Under the pieces are notes generated by a model. That model searched no databases, was not told where the DNA came from, and saw nothing but the letters and a program-made list of their open reading frames with translations. From Phyllobates terribilis (lineage: Eukaryota), in NCBI RefSeq assembly GCF_046119375.1, contig NW_027362761.1, forward strand, positions 712,690,001-712,754,000: DNA of 64,000 bases. The letters run 5' to 3'. The translations under genes and the position numbers were made by a program. Shown in pieces: positions 49,807 to 62,146 of this stretch. How positions within the stretch are numbered: position 1 is the stretch's first letter; every line of letters begins with the position of its first letter.

Positions 49807-51581
49807 GCCGTCAACTTGAGGACCCCTGAGTTCTGATGGTAGAACGGGCCCTGTGACAGAAGATCCGGTCGGTTTGGGAGACGCCAAGGAACGTCTGCTG
49901 TAAGCTGCACGATGTCGGCGTACCATGTACGTCTGGGCCAGTCTGGTGCGATGAGGATGGTTGGAACTCCCTCTTGCTTGATCTTCCTCACCACTATGGA
50001 TATTAGGGGGAGAGGTGGAAAGATGTACAGGAGATGAAACTGAGTCCAGTCTTGAACTAGGGCGTCCGCTCCCAACGACCGCGGTTCATGTGTTCTGGCC
50101 ATGAAGTTGGGGACTTTGACATTGAAGTGGGATGCCATTAGGTCCACGTCCGGAGTCCCCCAGCGGTGGCAGATCTGTTGAAAAACTTCGGGGTGGAGAG
50201 ACCACTCCCCCGAGTCCATTCCCTGCCGGCTGAGGAAATCTGCTTCCCAGTTGTCTACTCCCGGGATGTGGACCGCCGAGAGAACCAAACCTGTGTCTTC
50301 CACCCAATGGAGAATGTGAGTCACTTCTCGCATCGCCTGGGCACTGCGGGTCCCCCCTTGGTGATTGACATATGCCACAGCTGTGGCATTGTCTGACTGT
50401 ACTCTGATGTGAGAGGCTGCCAGTAGATGATGGAAGGCTCTCAACACCAGGAAAATGGCACGAATTTCCAAGATGTTGATGGGCAAGGTCGCTTCTGTTG
50501 AGGACCACTTGCCCTGTGCTCTGTGGTGCAGGTGTACCGCACCCCAACCCGTCAGGCTGGCATCGGTGGTCAGAACTTTCCAATGACTCGTGAGAAAGGA
50601 TTTTCCCTTTGACAACAAGGCTGGTTTGAGCCACCAGTGCAGGGATCTCTTGGTTGACCACGTCAACTGAAACTCCCTGTCGAAGGAAAAGGGATTCCTG
50701 TCCCATGACTTGAGGATGGCTAATTGGAGAGGCCTGAGGTGAAGCTGGGCAAATGGGACCGCTTCTATTGCCGCCACCATCCTGCGAAGGACTCTCATGG
50801 CAAACCGGAGAGACCGAGGGGGTTTGCGAAGTAGGGTGCGGACTCCTATTCGGAGAGGCAGTGCCTTGTCCATGGGGAGTAGTACTAGACCCTTGAGGGT
50901 GTTGAATAACATCCCCAAAAAGGTGAGAGACTGACTCGGGGTTGGTGATGACTTTTTTAAGTTGACTAGCCAGCCCAAACGACTCAGAATGTCGATTGTG
51001 ATTGAGACGCTGATTTGGCAGTCCTTGAAGGTGGGAGCCTTGATGATATCGTCCAGATATGGAACGACTATTATGCCTCTGGAGTGCAGGACGTCCATGG
51101 TGACCGCCATGACCTTGGTGAACACTCTGGGAGCCGTGGCGAGCCCGAACGGGAGAGCCACGAACTGGTAGTGTTCCTGGTCGATTGCGAATCTGAGAAA
51201 TCTCTGATGAGCTGGTGCAATTGGTATATGTAGGTACGCGTCTTGAATGTCTATGGAGGCGAGAAATTCTCCCTTCTCCATGGACGCAATGATAGACCGA
51301 AGGGACTCCATGCGAAAATCACGTACCCGTACATATTTGTTGAGCTGTTTTAGGTCCAGTATGGGCCGTACGCTGACTCCTTTTTTGGGGACTACAAATA
51401 AATTTGAGTTGTACCTGTGGAAGCGCTCGGCTGTGGGGACCGGTGCTATGACTCCTGCTTGAAGAAGAGAGGAGACCGCTTGGTGGAAGGCACGAGCCTT
51501 GGCTGGCGGTTTTAGGGGAACAGACGGAAAGAATCTGTTTGGCGGTGTGGAGGTGAACTCTACCTTATATCCTGAAGACAC
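49782..51581 (-). CDS. DIRS pol (RT, RNase H, Dam-like MT), open 599-aa frame
   Basis: YLDD, TTDASLTGWG, DNATAVAYVN, DLMASHFN, LYIFPPLPLI; a stop lies just upstream near 51620. Confidence 0.9.
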   Translation of the reverse strand: MSSGYKVEFTSTPPNRFFPSVPLKPPAKARAFHQAVSSLLQAGVIAPVPTAERFHRYNSNLFVVPKKGVSVRPILDLKQLNKYVRVRDFRMESLRSIIASMEKGEFLASIDIQDAYLHIPIAPAHQRFLRFAIDQEHYQFVALPFGLATAPRVFTKVMAVTMDVLHSRGIIVVPYLDDIIKAPTFKDCQISVSITIDILSRLGWLVNLKKSSPTPSQSLTFLGMLFNTLKGLVLLPMDKALPLRIGVRTLLRKPPRSLRFAMRVLRRMVAAIEAVPFAQLHLRPLQLAILKSWDRNPFSFDREFQLTWSTKRSLHWWLKPALLSKGKSFLTSHWKVLTTDASLTGWGAVHLHHRAQGKWSSTEATLPINILEIRAIFLVLRAFHHLLAASHIRVQSDNATAVAYVNHQGGTRSAQAMREVTHILHWVEDTGLVLSAVHIPGVDNWEADFLSRQGMDSGEWSLHPEVFQQICHRWGTPDVDLMASHFNVKVPNFMARTHEPRSLGADALVQDWTQFHLLYIFPPLPLISIVVRKIKQEGVPTILIAPDWPRRTWYADIVQLTADVPWRLPNRPDLLSQGPFYHQNSGVLKLTAWPLRPGF

Positions 51582-51684
51582 TAGCTCTCTGACCCACCTG
51601 TCTTCTGTAATAGGCAGCTAAACCTGATGCAAGAGCAAAAAAGACGGCCGTCTACAGGTGGAGTGTCCTCCAGAGTTGGTGAGT

Positions 51685-53210
51685 CATGACGAGGGGGAAG
51701 TGCGAGACTTTCCTCCCTTAAATTTTGACTGGACTGCCTTTGATTGCCAGGTCTTGTCTGACTTTTGTGTTGACCTCGAGTTGTCTCTGCGTGGAGTGCG
51801 GATGTTATTCTGTGCTTGTCGCGAGACGGACCAGCCGGGAGAGTTCCGAAAGGATCGGTAACATGCCTGATTACGGTTTTTTGATTAAGTGCGTTTGGGC
51901 TTCCGTTGAGGGAGAGAGGTACTTTTACCTCCGGTAGCGTTGGATATCATTTTGTCCAACTGTTCACCGAAAAGGCGACCACTGAGGTATGGGAGATGAG
52001 TGAGGGACTTCTTTGAAGCTGCGTCTGCTTTCCATTCTCGCAGCCAGAGGATAAGAATTAGAAGCTATCCCGGCTGTATACCTTGCAGAATCTAGAACTG
52101 CATGGAGCATGTAGTCTGTTGCGACTGCTAATTGGGCAGCCTGATCCGACAAGTCAGGGGCAGATGTTTGTAGGGCAGTCTGTAAATTTTGGGCCCAGGC
52201 CAGGATTGCTTTGCAAGTCAAAACTGAGGCGAACAAGGGGGCCAGGGAGGCCCCTGCGGCCTCGAAAATTGAACGAGCCATGCGTTCAACCTGCCGGTCT
52301 GCTGTGTCCTTGAGGGTTGAGCTATCTGGCAGTGAAAGAAGAGTCTGAGCTGCTAGTCTGGAGACTGGAGGGTCCACTTCAGGTGGATCTATCCACTTTT
52401 TGGTGACCTCCTGTGGAAATGGGTACCGCGCCTCCAGATATTTGTGATTGGTAAACTTTTTCTCAGGTTGAGAAAACTGCTTTTTAAGGATCGCATCAAA
52501 TTCTGGGTGGTCAAAAAAGACCTTAGGCGGTTTCAGGACTCCTTCAAAGGAAATTTTATGCCCTGGTGTCTCCAGGGGTGGATCGGAGATGTCCAGCACC
52601 CGATGGATAGATGAGATTAAATCATCAACCAGCACTGTATTGCCCGGGGGAAAAGGAATCAGGGACCCTTCAGTTTCCTTGTCTGAGTCGGAATCACAGG
52701 TGTCTGAATCCTGTGTCTCGCTGAGGCGTCTCCTGCTGGGAGAACCGGAGAGGAGACCCTCTCTGGTCAGGGATGGCTGTGGGGATCTGTGTTGTCTGTC
52801 CCTGTCAGGGGACGGTCTAGATGAGTTGGGAGTACGGTGTCTCACGCTAGAAAGGGGCGACCTTGTGGTATGGGATGATGCAGATGAACGAGACCTATGG
52901 GTCCGCTTGCGTCCTGATCTAGACGTGGATGTGCCATCATGTCCCTGAGTGGAACTCTCCCCTTGAGTAGTATTCATAGCAGGATGAGTCTGCAGAGCCT
53001 GAAGCAATGTGGTGATAGATTGCGACATCTGTGTGGCCCATTCCGGTGTGATATTAAGCACCGGGGCATCTGTAGGGGCTTCATGGGACTCTGGCGCAGC
53101 AGTTTGCCTGCAATCCTGACAATGCGGGTATGTGCTGCCACTAGGGAGAGTATGATTGCAGGCTGTACAGAATGCCTGGTTCTCTTGGACTTTGAGCCCG
53201 GCATAGTATT
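51685..53210 (-). pseudogene. DIRS gag, frameshifted
   Basis: ORF 51964-53061 homologous to 16222-17799; small deletions shift the frame near 53175 and 52065. Confidence 0.85.
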
Positions 53211-53486
53211 TGTCCCCAAAGCCAGTGCACTAACCACTGAGTTATAAAAACTCAGATCAGGTATGGCTATGCAGAGGAGGTTAGCGATGCTGCAGAGTGG
53301 GCCAGCAGTACCGGGAAGTTTTAATCCTCACAGCAGAGTATAGACTCTGACTGGATTTATCCCACCTTAGTATGCCTGCTCCTTAGTCAGCGCCGGTACA
53401 TGGAAGATCATAGAATCATAGAATGGTAGAGTTGGAAGGGACCTCCTGGGTCATCTGGTCCAACCCCCTGCTCAAAGCAGGATTCA

Positions 53487-56276
53487 CTAGATCATCTCAG
53501 ACAGATGTCTGTCCAGCCTCTGTTTGAAGACGTCCATTGAAGGGGAACTCACCACCTCTCGTGGCAGCCTGTTCCACTCATTAATCACCCTAACTGTCAA
53601 AAAGTTTTTTCTAATATCTAATCTGTGTCTCCTCCCATTTAGTTTCATCCCATTGCTTCTAGTCTTTCCTTGTGCAAATGAGAATAAAGATGATCCTTCT
53701 ACAATGTGACAGCCCTTGACATATTTGTAGACAGCTATTAAGTCTCCTCTCAGTCTTCTTTTTTGTAAGCTAAACATTCCCAAATCCTGCAACCGTTCCT
53801 CATAGGACATGGTTTGCAGACCAGTCACCATTCTGGTCGCTCTTCTCTGAACTTGCTCCAGTTTGTCTATGTCTTTTTTAAAATGTGGTGCCCAAAACTG
53901 TACACAGTATTCCAGATGAGGTCTGACCAAGGAGGAGTAAAGACCGATAATGACTTCACGTGATCTAGACTGTATGCTTCTGTTAATACATCCCAGAATT
54001 GTATTTGCCTTTTTTGCTGCTGCATCACACTGTTGACTCATGTTCAGTCTATGATCTATTAGTATACCTAAGTCTTTTTCACATGTACTGTTGCTTAGCT
54101 CTATTCCTCCCATTCTGTATATGCTTTTTTCATTTTTATTGCCCAGATGTAGTACTTTGCATTTTTCCCTGTTAAAAACCATTCTGTTGGTTGCTGCCCA
54201 CTGCTCCAGTTTATTTAGGTCTTTTTGAATCCTCTCTCTCTCTTCTCTAGTATTAGCTATCCCTCCTAGCTTTGTGTCATCAGCAAATTTAATCAGTTTA
54301 CCCTCAATTCCTTCATCTAAATCATTGATAAAGATGTTGAACAATACAGGTCCCAGGACGGAGCCCTGTGGTACCCCACTTGAGACATTCATCCAGCTGG
54401 ATGTGAAGCCATTTACAACCACCCTTGGAGTCCGATCACTAAGCCAGTTATGAATCCACCTAACAGTTGCCTGGTCCATTGCATACTTGGTCATTTTTTC
54501 AATAAGGATGGTGTGAGATACTTTGTCAAATGCTTTGCTGAAGTCAAGATATACTATATCTACAGCATTTCCCTGATCCACCCAGTCAGTGATTCTGTCA
54601 TAGAAGGAAATTAAGTTAGTCTGACATGACTTGTTAGTTACAAACCCATGCTGACTCTGGTTAATCACTTCATTCTTATCCATGTACTTACATACATGTT
54701 GTTTAATAATTTGTTCAAAGATCTTTCCTGGTATAGAAGTCAGACTCACCGGCCTATAGTTCCCTGGGTCCACCTTCTTCCCCTTTTTGAAGATAGGAAC
54801 AACATTTGCTCTTCTCCAGTCTTCTGGGACTTCTCCTGTTCTCCAAGAATTTTCAAAGATTATGGAGAGTGGTTCTAAAATTTCTTCTACGATCTCCTTC
54901 AGTACTCTGGGGTGTAATTCATCTGGACCTGGAGACTTGAACTCATTTATGTTAGCTAAATATTCCCTCACAATCTTTCTGTTTACAGATAACTTGGATT
55001 CCTCTATTCCTTTAAAAGGACAGTGAAGATCAGTTGATGTTACATTTTCTTTCTGAGAGAAAACAGATGCAAAATAGGAATTAAAAAGTTCGGCCTTCTC
55101 AACATCCTCTCTTACCATTTCTCCATTTTCATCCTGTAAAAATCCTATAGCATCTTTGACTTTTCTTTTACTTTTGACATACCCCCAAAATCCTTTTTTA
55201 TTGCTTTTGACATCTCTTGCAAGCCTTAATTCATTGTCAGCTTTAGCTAACCTGATACGTGCCCTGCAGGATCTGCAGACTGCATTATAATCTTCTTTAG
55301 ATATGCCTCCCTCTTTCCATTTAATAAACATTTCTTTCTTTCTTTTTAGCATGTGTTTAAGTTCTGTGTTCATCCATCCTGGTTTCCTTAAATGCTTCCC
55401 ATTCTTCCTACTTTTCGGGATTGTTAACGATTGTGCTTTGAGAATCTCATTTTTAAAAATTTCCCATCCTTCCTGGACATTTTTGTCCTTAAGGACATCC
55501 AGCCATTGGATCCCTCCTATTCTCTTTCTGAGTCTCTTAAAATCTGCCTTTCTAAAATCTAACCTTGAAGTTTGAGTCTTCACATGTCTTCCTCCTCTAG
55601 TTATCCAAAATTCTATAATAGCATGATCGCTGCCTCCTAGGGTCCCAGCCACCTTTACCTCCTCAACCATTTCCTCCCTGTTTATAAGGATTAGATCCAA
55701 AGTAGCAGATCCCCTTGTTTTCTCCCCTACCTTTTGGAAGATAAAGTTGTCAGCAAGAGAGGATAAGAATTTGCTTGAACTGTTAGTTTTACTTGAGAGA
55801 GATTCCCAACAAATGTCTGGATAGTTGAAATCTCCCATGACCACTACGTCGTATTTTTTGGAGAACTTGGTCATTTGATACATAAAGAGTTCATCCATAT
55901 CTTCAGATTGCCCAGGTGGCCTGTAGTAAATGCCTACAATGGTGTCCTTTCCGTTGTTCTCTCCTTGTATTCTTACCCAAACAGTTTCCACAGAACTCCC
56001 AGTCTCTGAAGCTTCAATGTCTGTGCAGATATACGCTTTTCTAACATACAATGCAACACCTCCTCCTCATTTATCAAGTCTGTTTCTTGCAAATAAGTTG
56101 TATCCTTTTAGCCTTTTATTCCAATCATGTGTATCGTCCCACCAAGTTTCAGTGATTCCAATGACATCATATTCCTTTTCCTGCATTAGTAGTTCCAATT
56201 CTCCTTGTTTGTTGCCCATGCTTTGTGCATTTGTATAAAAACATTTTAGTTTGTGATTGGTTTCTCTTCCTCCCAT
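53487..56276 (-). pseudogene. CR1 ORF2 (APE endonuclease plus RT, ~929 codons), one premature stop
   Basis: YTNAQS, ITETW, GDFN, SDH, GVPQGSVLGP, FADD; ORFs 56067-56276 and 53487-56051 are in frame, separated by TGA at 56067-56069. Confidence 0.93.
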
Positions 56277-56505
56277 ATTTTTATTATTTAAATTATTTTG
56301 TCTTTGTTCTTCCTTTCCACTTCCAGTAGCAGAGATCTCAATAGTATTTGTCAGCTGTATTGCTTTTTCTGGCCTTTTGCTTCCCTTCCCACATTGTTCT
56401 AGTTTAAAGCTCTTCTGATGAGTGTAGCAAGGCGACTTCCAAATACATATTTTCCAGTCTTCGTAAGGTGCACCCCATCTCTAGCAAGTAGTCCATCGTA
56501 TAGGT

Positions 56506-57894
56506 CAGTGGTCCCCAACCTTTTTTGCACCAGGGACCGGCTTGAAGCAAGATCATTTTTCCATGGCCCAGCAAGGAGGGGGTGGGGTGGGCGGGGCTTT
56601 GGTCATATGGGGGCGGGGTAATGGAGGGATTTGGAGTTTAGTGCATACTTATCATATAGTGTAGACCAGGTCCCCGCCAGGAGCTATGCCAGGAGCCCCA
56701 CATAATGTGCTGTGCCAGGAGCCGCATCACTGAGGCCCCATCACGCCCTGCAGCAGGACAGGGCAGCTGTCCTGACAGCTGCTGTTCAGCTGCATTTACT
56801 TCATCCCAGGGGCGGACACAGACTGTAGTGGGCCCCTGTGCAAGAAATTTTTGGGGGCCCCCCCCGCCCTTCATAAGGCAACAAAGTTATGTAAACATAA
56901 CCCCCCCCATGTGCATCTCTCACCCCCCCATGTGCAGCTCACCCCCGTGCATCTCTCATCCCCCTCCGTGCATCTCTCATCCCCCTCCGTGCATCTCTCA
57001 TCCACCCCCCGTGCATCTCTCATCCCCTCCGTGCATCTCTCATCCCCCCCGTGCATCTCTCACCCCCCCGTGCATCTCTCATCCACCCCTCGTGCATCTC
57101 TCATCCACCCCCCGTGCATCTCTCACCCCCCCGTGCATCTCTCATCCACCCCCGTGCATCTCTCATCCCCCCCGTGCATCTCTCACCCCCCCGTGCATCT
57201 CTCACCCCCCCGTGCATCTCTCATCTCTCCCCTCCCTCCCATGTGCTTCTCTCATCTCTCCCCTCCCCCCATGTGCATCTCTCATCTCTCCCCTCCCCCC
57301 ATGTGCATCTCTCATCTCTCCCCTCCCCCCATGTGGATCTCTCATCTCTCCCCTCCCCCATGTGCATCTCTCATCTCTCTCCTCCCCCCCATGTGGATCT
57401 CTCATCTCTCCCCTCCCCCATGTGCATCTCTCATCTCTCCCCTCCCCCCATGTGCATCTCCCATTCCCCCCACTCCTAGTTAATTGTATTTAAAAAAAAA
57501 TAAAACTTGTTATACTTACCCCCATGCGATCCCTGCAGAATCCTGGCGCTCGTCCAAATCGCTGACACCAGGTTCTCCTGACTTCCGGCCATGTGACGGC
57601 GCCGTCACATGACCGGAAGTCAGGGGAATCATGAAGGTGCTGCCGCAGCAGCGCAGCGCTAAGATGTCCCGGACCCGGCGCTTAGCATGCGGCCGGGGGC
57701 CCCATGAGGAGAGAGACGCACAAGAGGGGGGCTCCGAGGGGGCTCCTACCGGCCGGGCCCCATACTGGAGTCAGGGCAGTCATGCCCTGATGGCGGCCCT
57801 GCTGGAGGCTGGAGGGGCCCCCTCTCCCCGCGGACCGGCTGAAAAACCCCAACGGCCCGGTCCTGGTCCGCGGACCGGCGGTTGGGGACCTCTG
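56506..57894. mobile_element. hAT (Charlie-like) non-autonomous element, 1389 bp
   Basis: TIR CAG(T/A)GGTCCCCAACC; perfect 8-bp TSD GTATAGGT at 56498 and 57895. Confidence 0.95.
56903..57465. repeat. C-rich two-phase minisatellite (~19-22-bp units, then ~30-bp units)
   Basis: (ccccccgtgcatctctca[t])n followed by (ctctcccctccccccatgtgcatctctcat)n. Confidence 0.93.
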
Positions 57895-60800
57895 GTATAG
57901 GTAATTCATTCCGTGATCCAGAAATCCAAATCCTTGTTGACGGCACCATCGACGTAGCCAGTTGTTCACCTGTAGAATCTTATTCCACCTCATTGTTCCA
58001 TGGCCATCCACTGGGAGGATGGATGAGAAGACCACCTGCGCTCCCAATTCTTTCACTTTCTTGCCTAAGTCTTCAAAGTCACTGCAGATGGTTTCCAGGT
58101 CCTTTCTTGCGGTGTCATTTGTCCCCACATGTATTAGCAGGAATGGGTAGTGATCTGTAGGTCTGAAGAGTCTTGATATCCTGTCAGACACATCTTTAAT
58201 TTTTGCTCCTGGAAGACAGCACATTTCTCTTGAGGTTATGTCTGGTCTGCAGATAGCGGCCTCTGTTCCTCTTAACAGGGAATCCCCCATGACCACCACT
58301 CTCCGTTTTTTCTTCACAACATTCTTCTTTCTCCATCCAGGAGGATTCTGAGGGCTTACAAGGTTATTCATTGCTGGCAAAGTCTTATTTTGCTGTATTT
58401 CTTCATGGTTCTCCTGCGTGAGAGCCTGGTACTGGTTCCTGAGCAGTATGGCTGCTGACTGCTTCTCGATCCTCCTGCTTCTGTGGGTCACATGCTTCCA
58501 TTCCTCTGTTTCGTCAGGTGCAGTTCGAATTTCTTCTCTTTCTGAATCATGAAGAGATAATTCTGCTCTGTCTAAGAACTCTTCACCTTCCTTAATGATT
58601 TTCAAGGTAGTTAACCTCTCTTCTAGATTTCGCAACTTTTCCTCCAACAGGGACACAAGCTTGCATTTCTGGCATGTGAAGTTTGGCTTTTCCACTGGCA
58701 AGTCTGTGAACATGGAGCAGGATATGCAGCTCACCAAATGGCTCCTGGACTCTTCCATGTTCTTATTGTTAATGTTCTGAAAACAGTGAAAAAAGCTTAA
58801 AAAAAATCCTGTGCCCCCTGGAGACCAGCTGCTGCAAAGAGTTAACTTCTTCCTGTGTTCCGTGCTGGAAATGGCCGACGGAGTGAGGAGAAGGGGGGCG
58901 GAGCATTGAAAGGGCGGCAGCGCTGCTAGAAAGCGCGCCCTTTCCGTTCGTGCGTAGTGTCATAATGGTCATAAGGGGGGCGGGGAGTGGGCGGCGGCTT
59001 CAGCAAGGCCAGAGCCGCGGACTAAATTTATAACTGCTGCCCATAAGGGCTCCAGGCCAGGGCGGTAGTCCGAGGGGGTCGCGGATATGAATCGCACCGC
59101 CCCCCCCCCCCGTTTTTAATGGCAGGGAGGGCGGTGGGGTAATCTGTTGAAACGGAGCACTGAAAGGGTTCCTGTAAGGCACACTAGCTGTGGTGCCGGG
59201 AGAGAAACAGAGCTGTAAGCAGCCTGTATTCTCTGACCCCTTGTACTTTGCAATGCCCTCCTGCCAGCACTGTGCCCCCCAGTCCTTCAGGGTTCTGCGG
59301 CCAGGCTGCGATTCCTGAACGTTGGTGCAGAGTGCTCTGCACAGATCCTACCTGCGGTGTCTCAACCTAATACCCCCATGAGGGGGATTAGGGAGGGTGC
59401 TGCCGTCAACGTCAGGAGGCTGTAATCCTCACTCGACTTCAACCCAGAAACCAAAAGGAATTGGGGAAGGAGGGAGCTCTCGACTTCAAACCAACACCCG
59501 AGGGGCTGGAGAAGGAGCGACATGGTAAGGAGTCGTCTCGACTTCAACTGTGCACCCCTAGAAGGGGGCAGAGGAAGGAGCCATGCCGGGAGTCTCTTAA
59601 GAGACCGCTTATCTTCATCTGTAACTCCGTGGAAAAAATTTAAGAAAAAAATGGAGTAAAAATCTTTAGGTGTGCCTCCTTGCGACACTAAGCAAAAACT
59701 GAAGATGGCTGACGCCCTCAGGTGGTGTATACTGCAGAGGAGGAGCCACCAGTTAATCTTTTTCAGTTTAAGCCTAGTGTCGTCTCCTAGTGGACAAACA
59801 GCATACACCCAAGGTCCTCTGTCCCCCAATGAGGCGACAGAGTAATTTTATTTTCCATCTTCTCCTCACAGAGTGCTCCAATTCTCTCATCTGAGAAAAT
59901 CAGATCACACTATGCTGACACTGATTAAACCCTTGTATAATTAGCTTAATCCGCCCGATTCTCTCGGATGACAGAATCTACGCCCGTCTGACCCCAGGCT
60001 ATACAAAGACCAATATTACGATATTATATTACCATATTACAGTGACCATATCTAAATATATCTGGAGCAAAAACATAGCAATAAGGAGAGAACTCCTACT
60101 ATTATAATAACCTACAAAATTACAAAGTCACGACCTCCAAGTAATAAAATATGAACTCTATTGTAAATATATTAAAAATGCAAAAAAAAATGCAACAAAA
60201 ACAAACAAAATATATTCATATAGCAACAGTAAGTAAGTTAGGTTCTCAGTGAAGGCTTAAAAAGGGGGAATGCACAGAAGAATGGTGAAAAAAATGGGTA
60301 GTAAAAGGAAATTCACTAGTGAACACAATGCACAGGCAATGAATAAAAAAAAATATGACTAGTCTCAATATATTATATATCCATGGTACCATAGAGAGCA
60401 CAAAAAATTGCACCATATATAATATGGTATAAAAATAAACCACTAGTGTGTTGAGAAAGCCCTATGTGAATGGAACATAACTACAGCGGATGTTAAACAG
60501 CCAGGAGTACCTTACCCATTTTTGTAGTTTATGCCTCCCAATCCTATCGAGCGCTTCTCATGGGCTACTTCCGGGGGTTGAGCCTATACCTATATACTGA
60601 CTATATAGGGTTAGACAGCAGTCCTGCAAAACATGTAAGAGATTACAGTACAGTTATACATGGTGACTTACAGGTGACTTACAAATGGTGTTCTTTCTGA
60701 TGGAATTGATCACTTTTCCTGTCTTTTCCATTTGGCCCAAACCGCAATAACAATTTCTTCCAGCCACAAAACATTTGATTTTTCATATTTGCATCACTAT

Positions 60801-62146
60801 CCCCATCTATTCCCAACCTGCACAAATTTATCATCTTACTGATACATCAAGGATAACCCTGCTGCTGCCGTATGTGTCCTTTTACTACACCTGCTGTGTG
60901 TGTGGCTGGTAAAATTTCTATCGATACAACACACAGAGCAATAATGCCTACTACTGTGTCCCTCACATAGTAATAATGCACACATCCTGCCTCTAGATGG
61001 TAAAATTGCCCTCTAGAAAATATAAATGCCCTCTTTGAGTGCCATACAAAGTAATAGTATCCGCATTTTGTAACCTAAAAAGTAATGTCACATGTGTGCC
61101 CCTTTAATGGTTATAATACCCTGAGTGCCACTATAATTTAATAACCTCTGAAATAGTACCTATCATCAATCTGCACCTTTTTATTTAATAAAAGAGTAGG
61201 CAGGCCCAGATTAGTGATTTTTCTAAATGTAAGTTATTGTCAAAAGTCAGCAGGACACTCCATAAGAGGCCACCTTCACATGTCCTGATATTTCCAGTAC
61301 TGGAAAAACCAGTACCAGTGTTCTCCGTATAGGTCATCGGTGTGTCGTCCGTGTGCACCATCCATGTGACACATACCAGAATAAAATGCAGAATAAAACC
61401 GACAGATGATTAAATGTTAAAGATGTGCAAAAATAGAGATAGCTAAATTGATATGGGGTAAATAGATCCGTGAGATATATAATTAGTAACTTGCTGTCTA
61501 GCTTATAGTACATGTATTAAACTAATAAATAAATAAATGAAAAAAATGTTAGATTTTTGATAACCAGCAAAGGTAAAGCTGAGGTAAACTTATCAGGCTG
61601 GGCAGGTTCATGGTTATTGGGCCCTTTCCAGTCTAAAAATACCAGCCTGCAGCCACTGCAGAAGTGGTGCATCACATTATATGCGCCAATTCTGATGCTT
61701 TAACTCAGCTCTTCCCAATTGCCCTGGTGCGTTGGCAATCGGGTTAATGGTAGTTTGGGTTGATGTCAGCTGTGATTTGTCAAAAATCACAGCTGGCATC
61801 AAGCCCACTAGTTAGTAAGATGTTCAGGCCTTTTACGTGAAAAATTGAAGAAAAGGGTTATCTAGTTCCAAAATCAAAAAGCATGGAAACGCTTGAAATG
61901 CGTAGGCCTAGTGTTAAGATGTTTTCTGTTCTTAGTGCATATCAATAAATAATGTTTTTAATATTTTTCACATACAAAACTATTTATGAGTTTGGTGGTT
62001 GCTGAATAACCCTTTCCTTCCATTTTACACTCACCTGAACCCCGAGTCAGGATCTCTTCGTGCACCGTACTCTTCGAGGATCATTGCCTGCATTGGTGTA
62101 CTGATGCAAATCCTCTTTTATCTTTTGCGTGAAAGTCTGACCCTAA

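Larger units (their letters stand above)
56399..58758 (-). pseudogene. CR1 ORF1 (zinc finger, coiled coil, SGNH/GDSL esterase), split by a hAT MITE
   Basis: CISC...CQKC, GDSLL, HVGTND; removing the MITE and one TSD restores NYLYDGLLARDGVHL...RALN* (~320 aa). Confidence 0.92.
53407..58800 (-). mobile_element. Near full-length CR1 LINE
   Basis: ORF1, ORF2, (ATTCTATG)n tail; DIRS sequence resumes on both sides. Confidence 0.95.
48266..59845 (-). mobile_element. DIRS1-like retrotransposon, copy B, interrupted by CR1
   Basis: Terminal inverted repeats, ICR ~48605-48700, gag/pol/YR homologous to copy A. Confidence 0.95.
48034..59999. mobile_element. Harbinger-type MITE split by DIRS copy B (halves 48034-48265 and 59846-59999)
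   Basis: Rejoined flanks gagaagctgtagaaa|ttttattttccatc align with the uninterrupted relative near 63230 (gagaagctggagaaattactttctccgtc). Confidence 0.7.

Noticed and set aside
48763-51581. Phage integrase plus methyltransferase, i.e. prophage or bacterial contamination
   Set aside because: Both domains lie within a gag-RT-RNaseH element with DIRS terminal repeats and ICR, nested among vertebrate repeats.
56705-57493. Pro/His/Ser-rich proteins of 262, 210 and 142 aa
   Set aside because: These are translations of the C-rich minisatellite, open because the repeat lacks stop codons.
53398-58760. 10-bp inverted match (acatggaaga / tcttccatgt) near the two CR1 ends, read as TIR or TSD
   Set aside because: It is inverted rather than direct, short, and overlaps the ORF1 start; likely chance. 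No clear TSD was found.
62035-62143. Ankyrin-like DFHAKDKRGFASVH on the minus strand
   Set aside because: A stop follows within a few codons and no convincing acceptor fits that frame.
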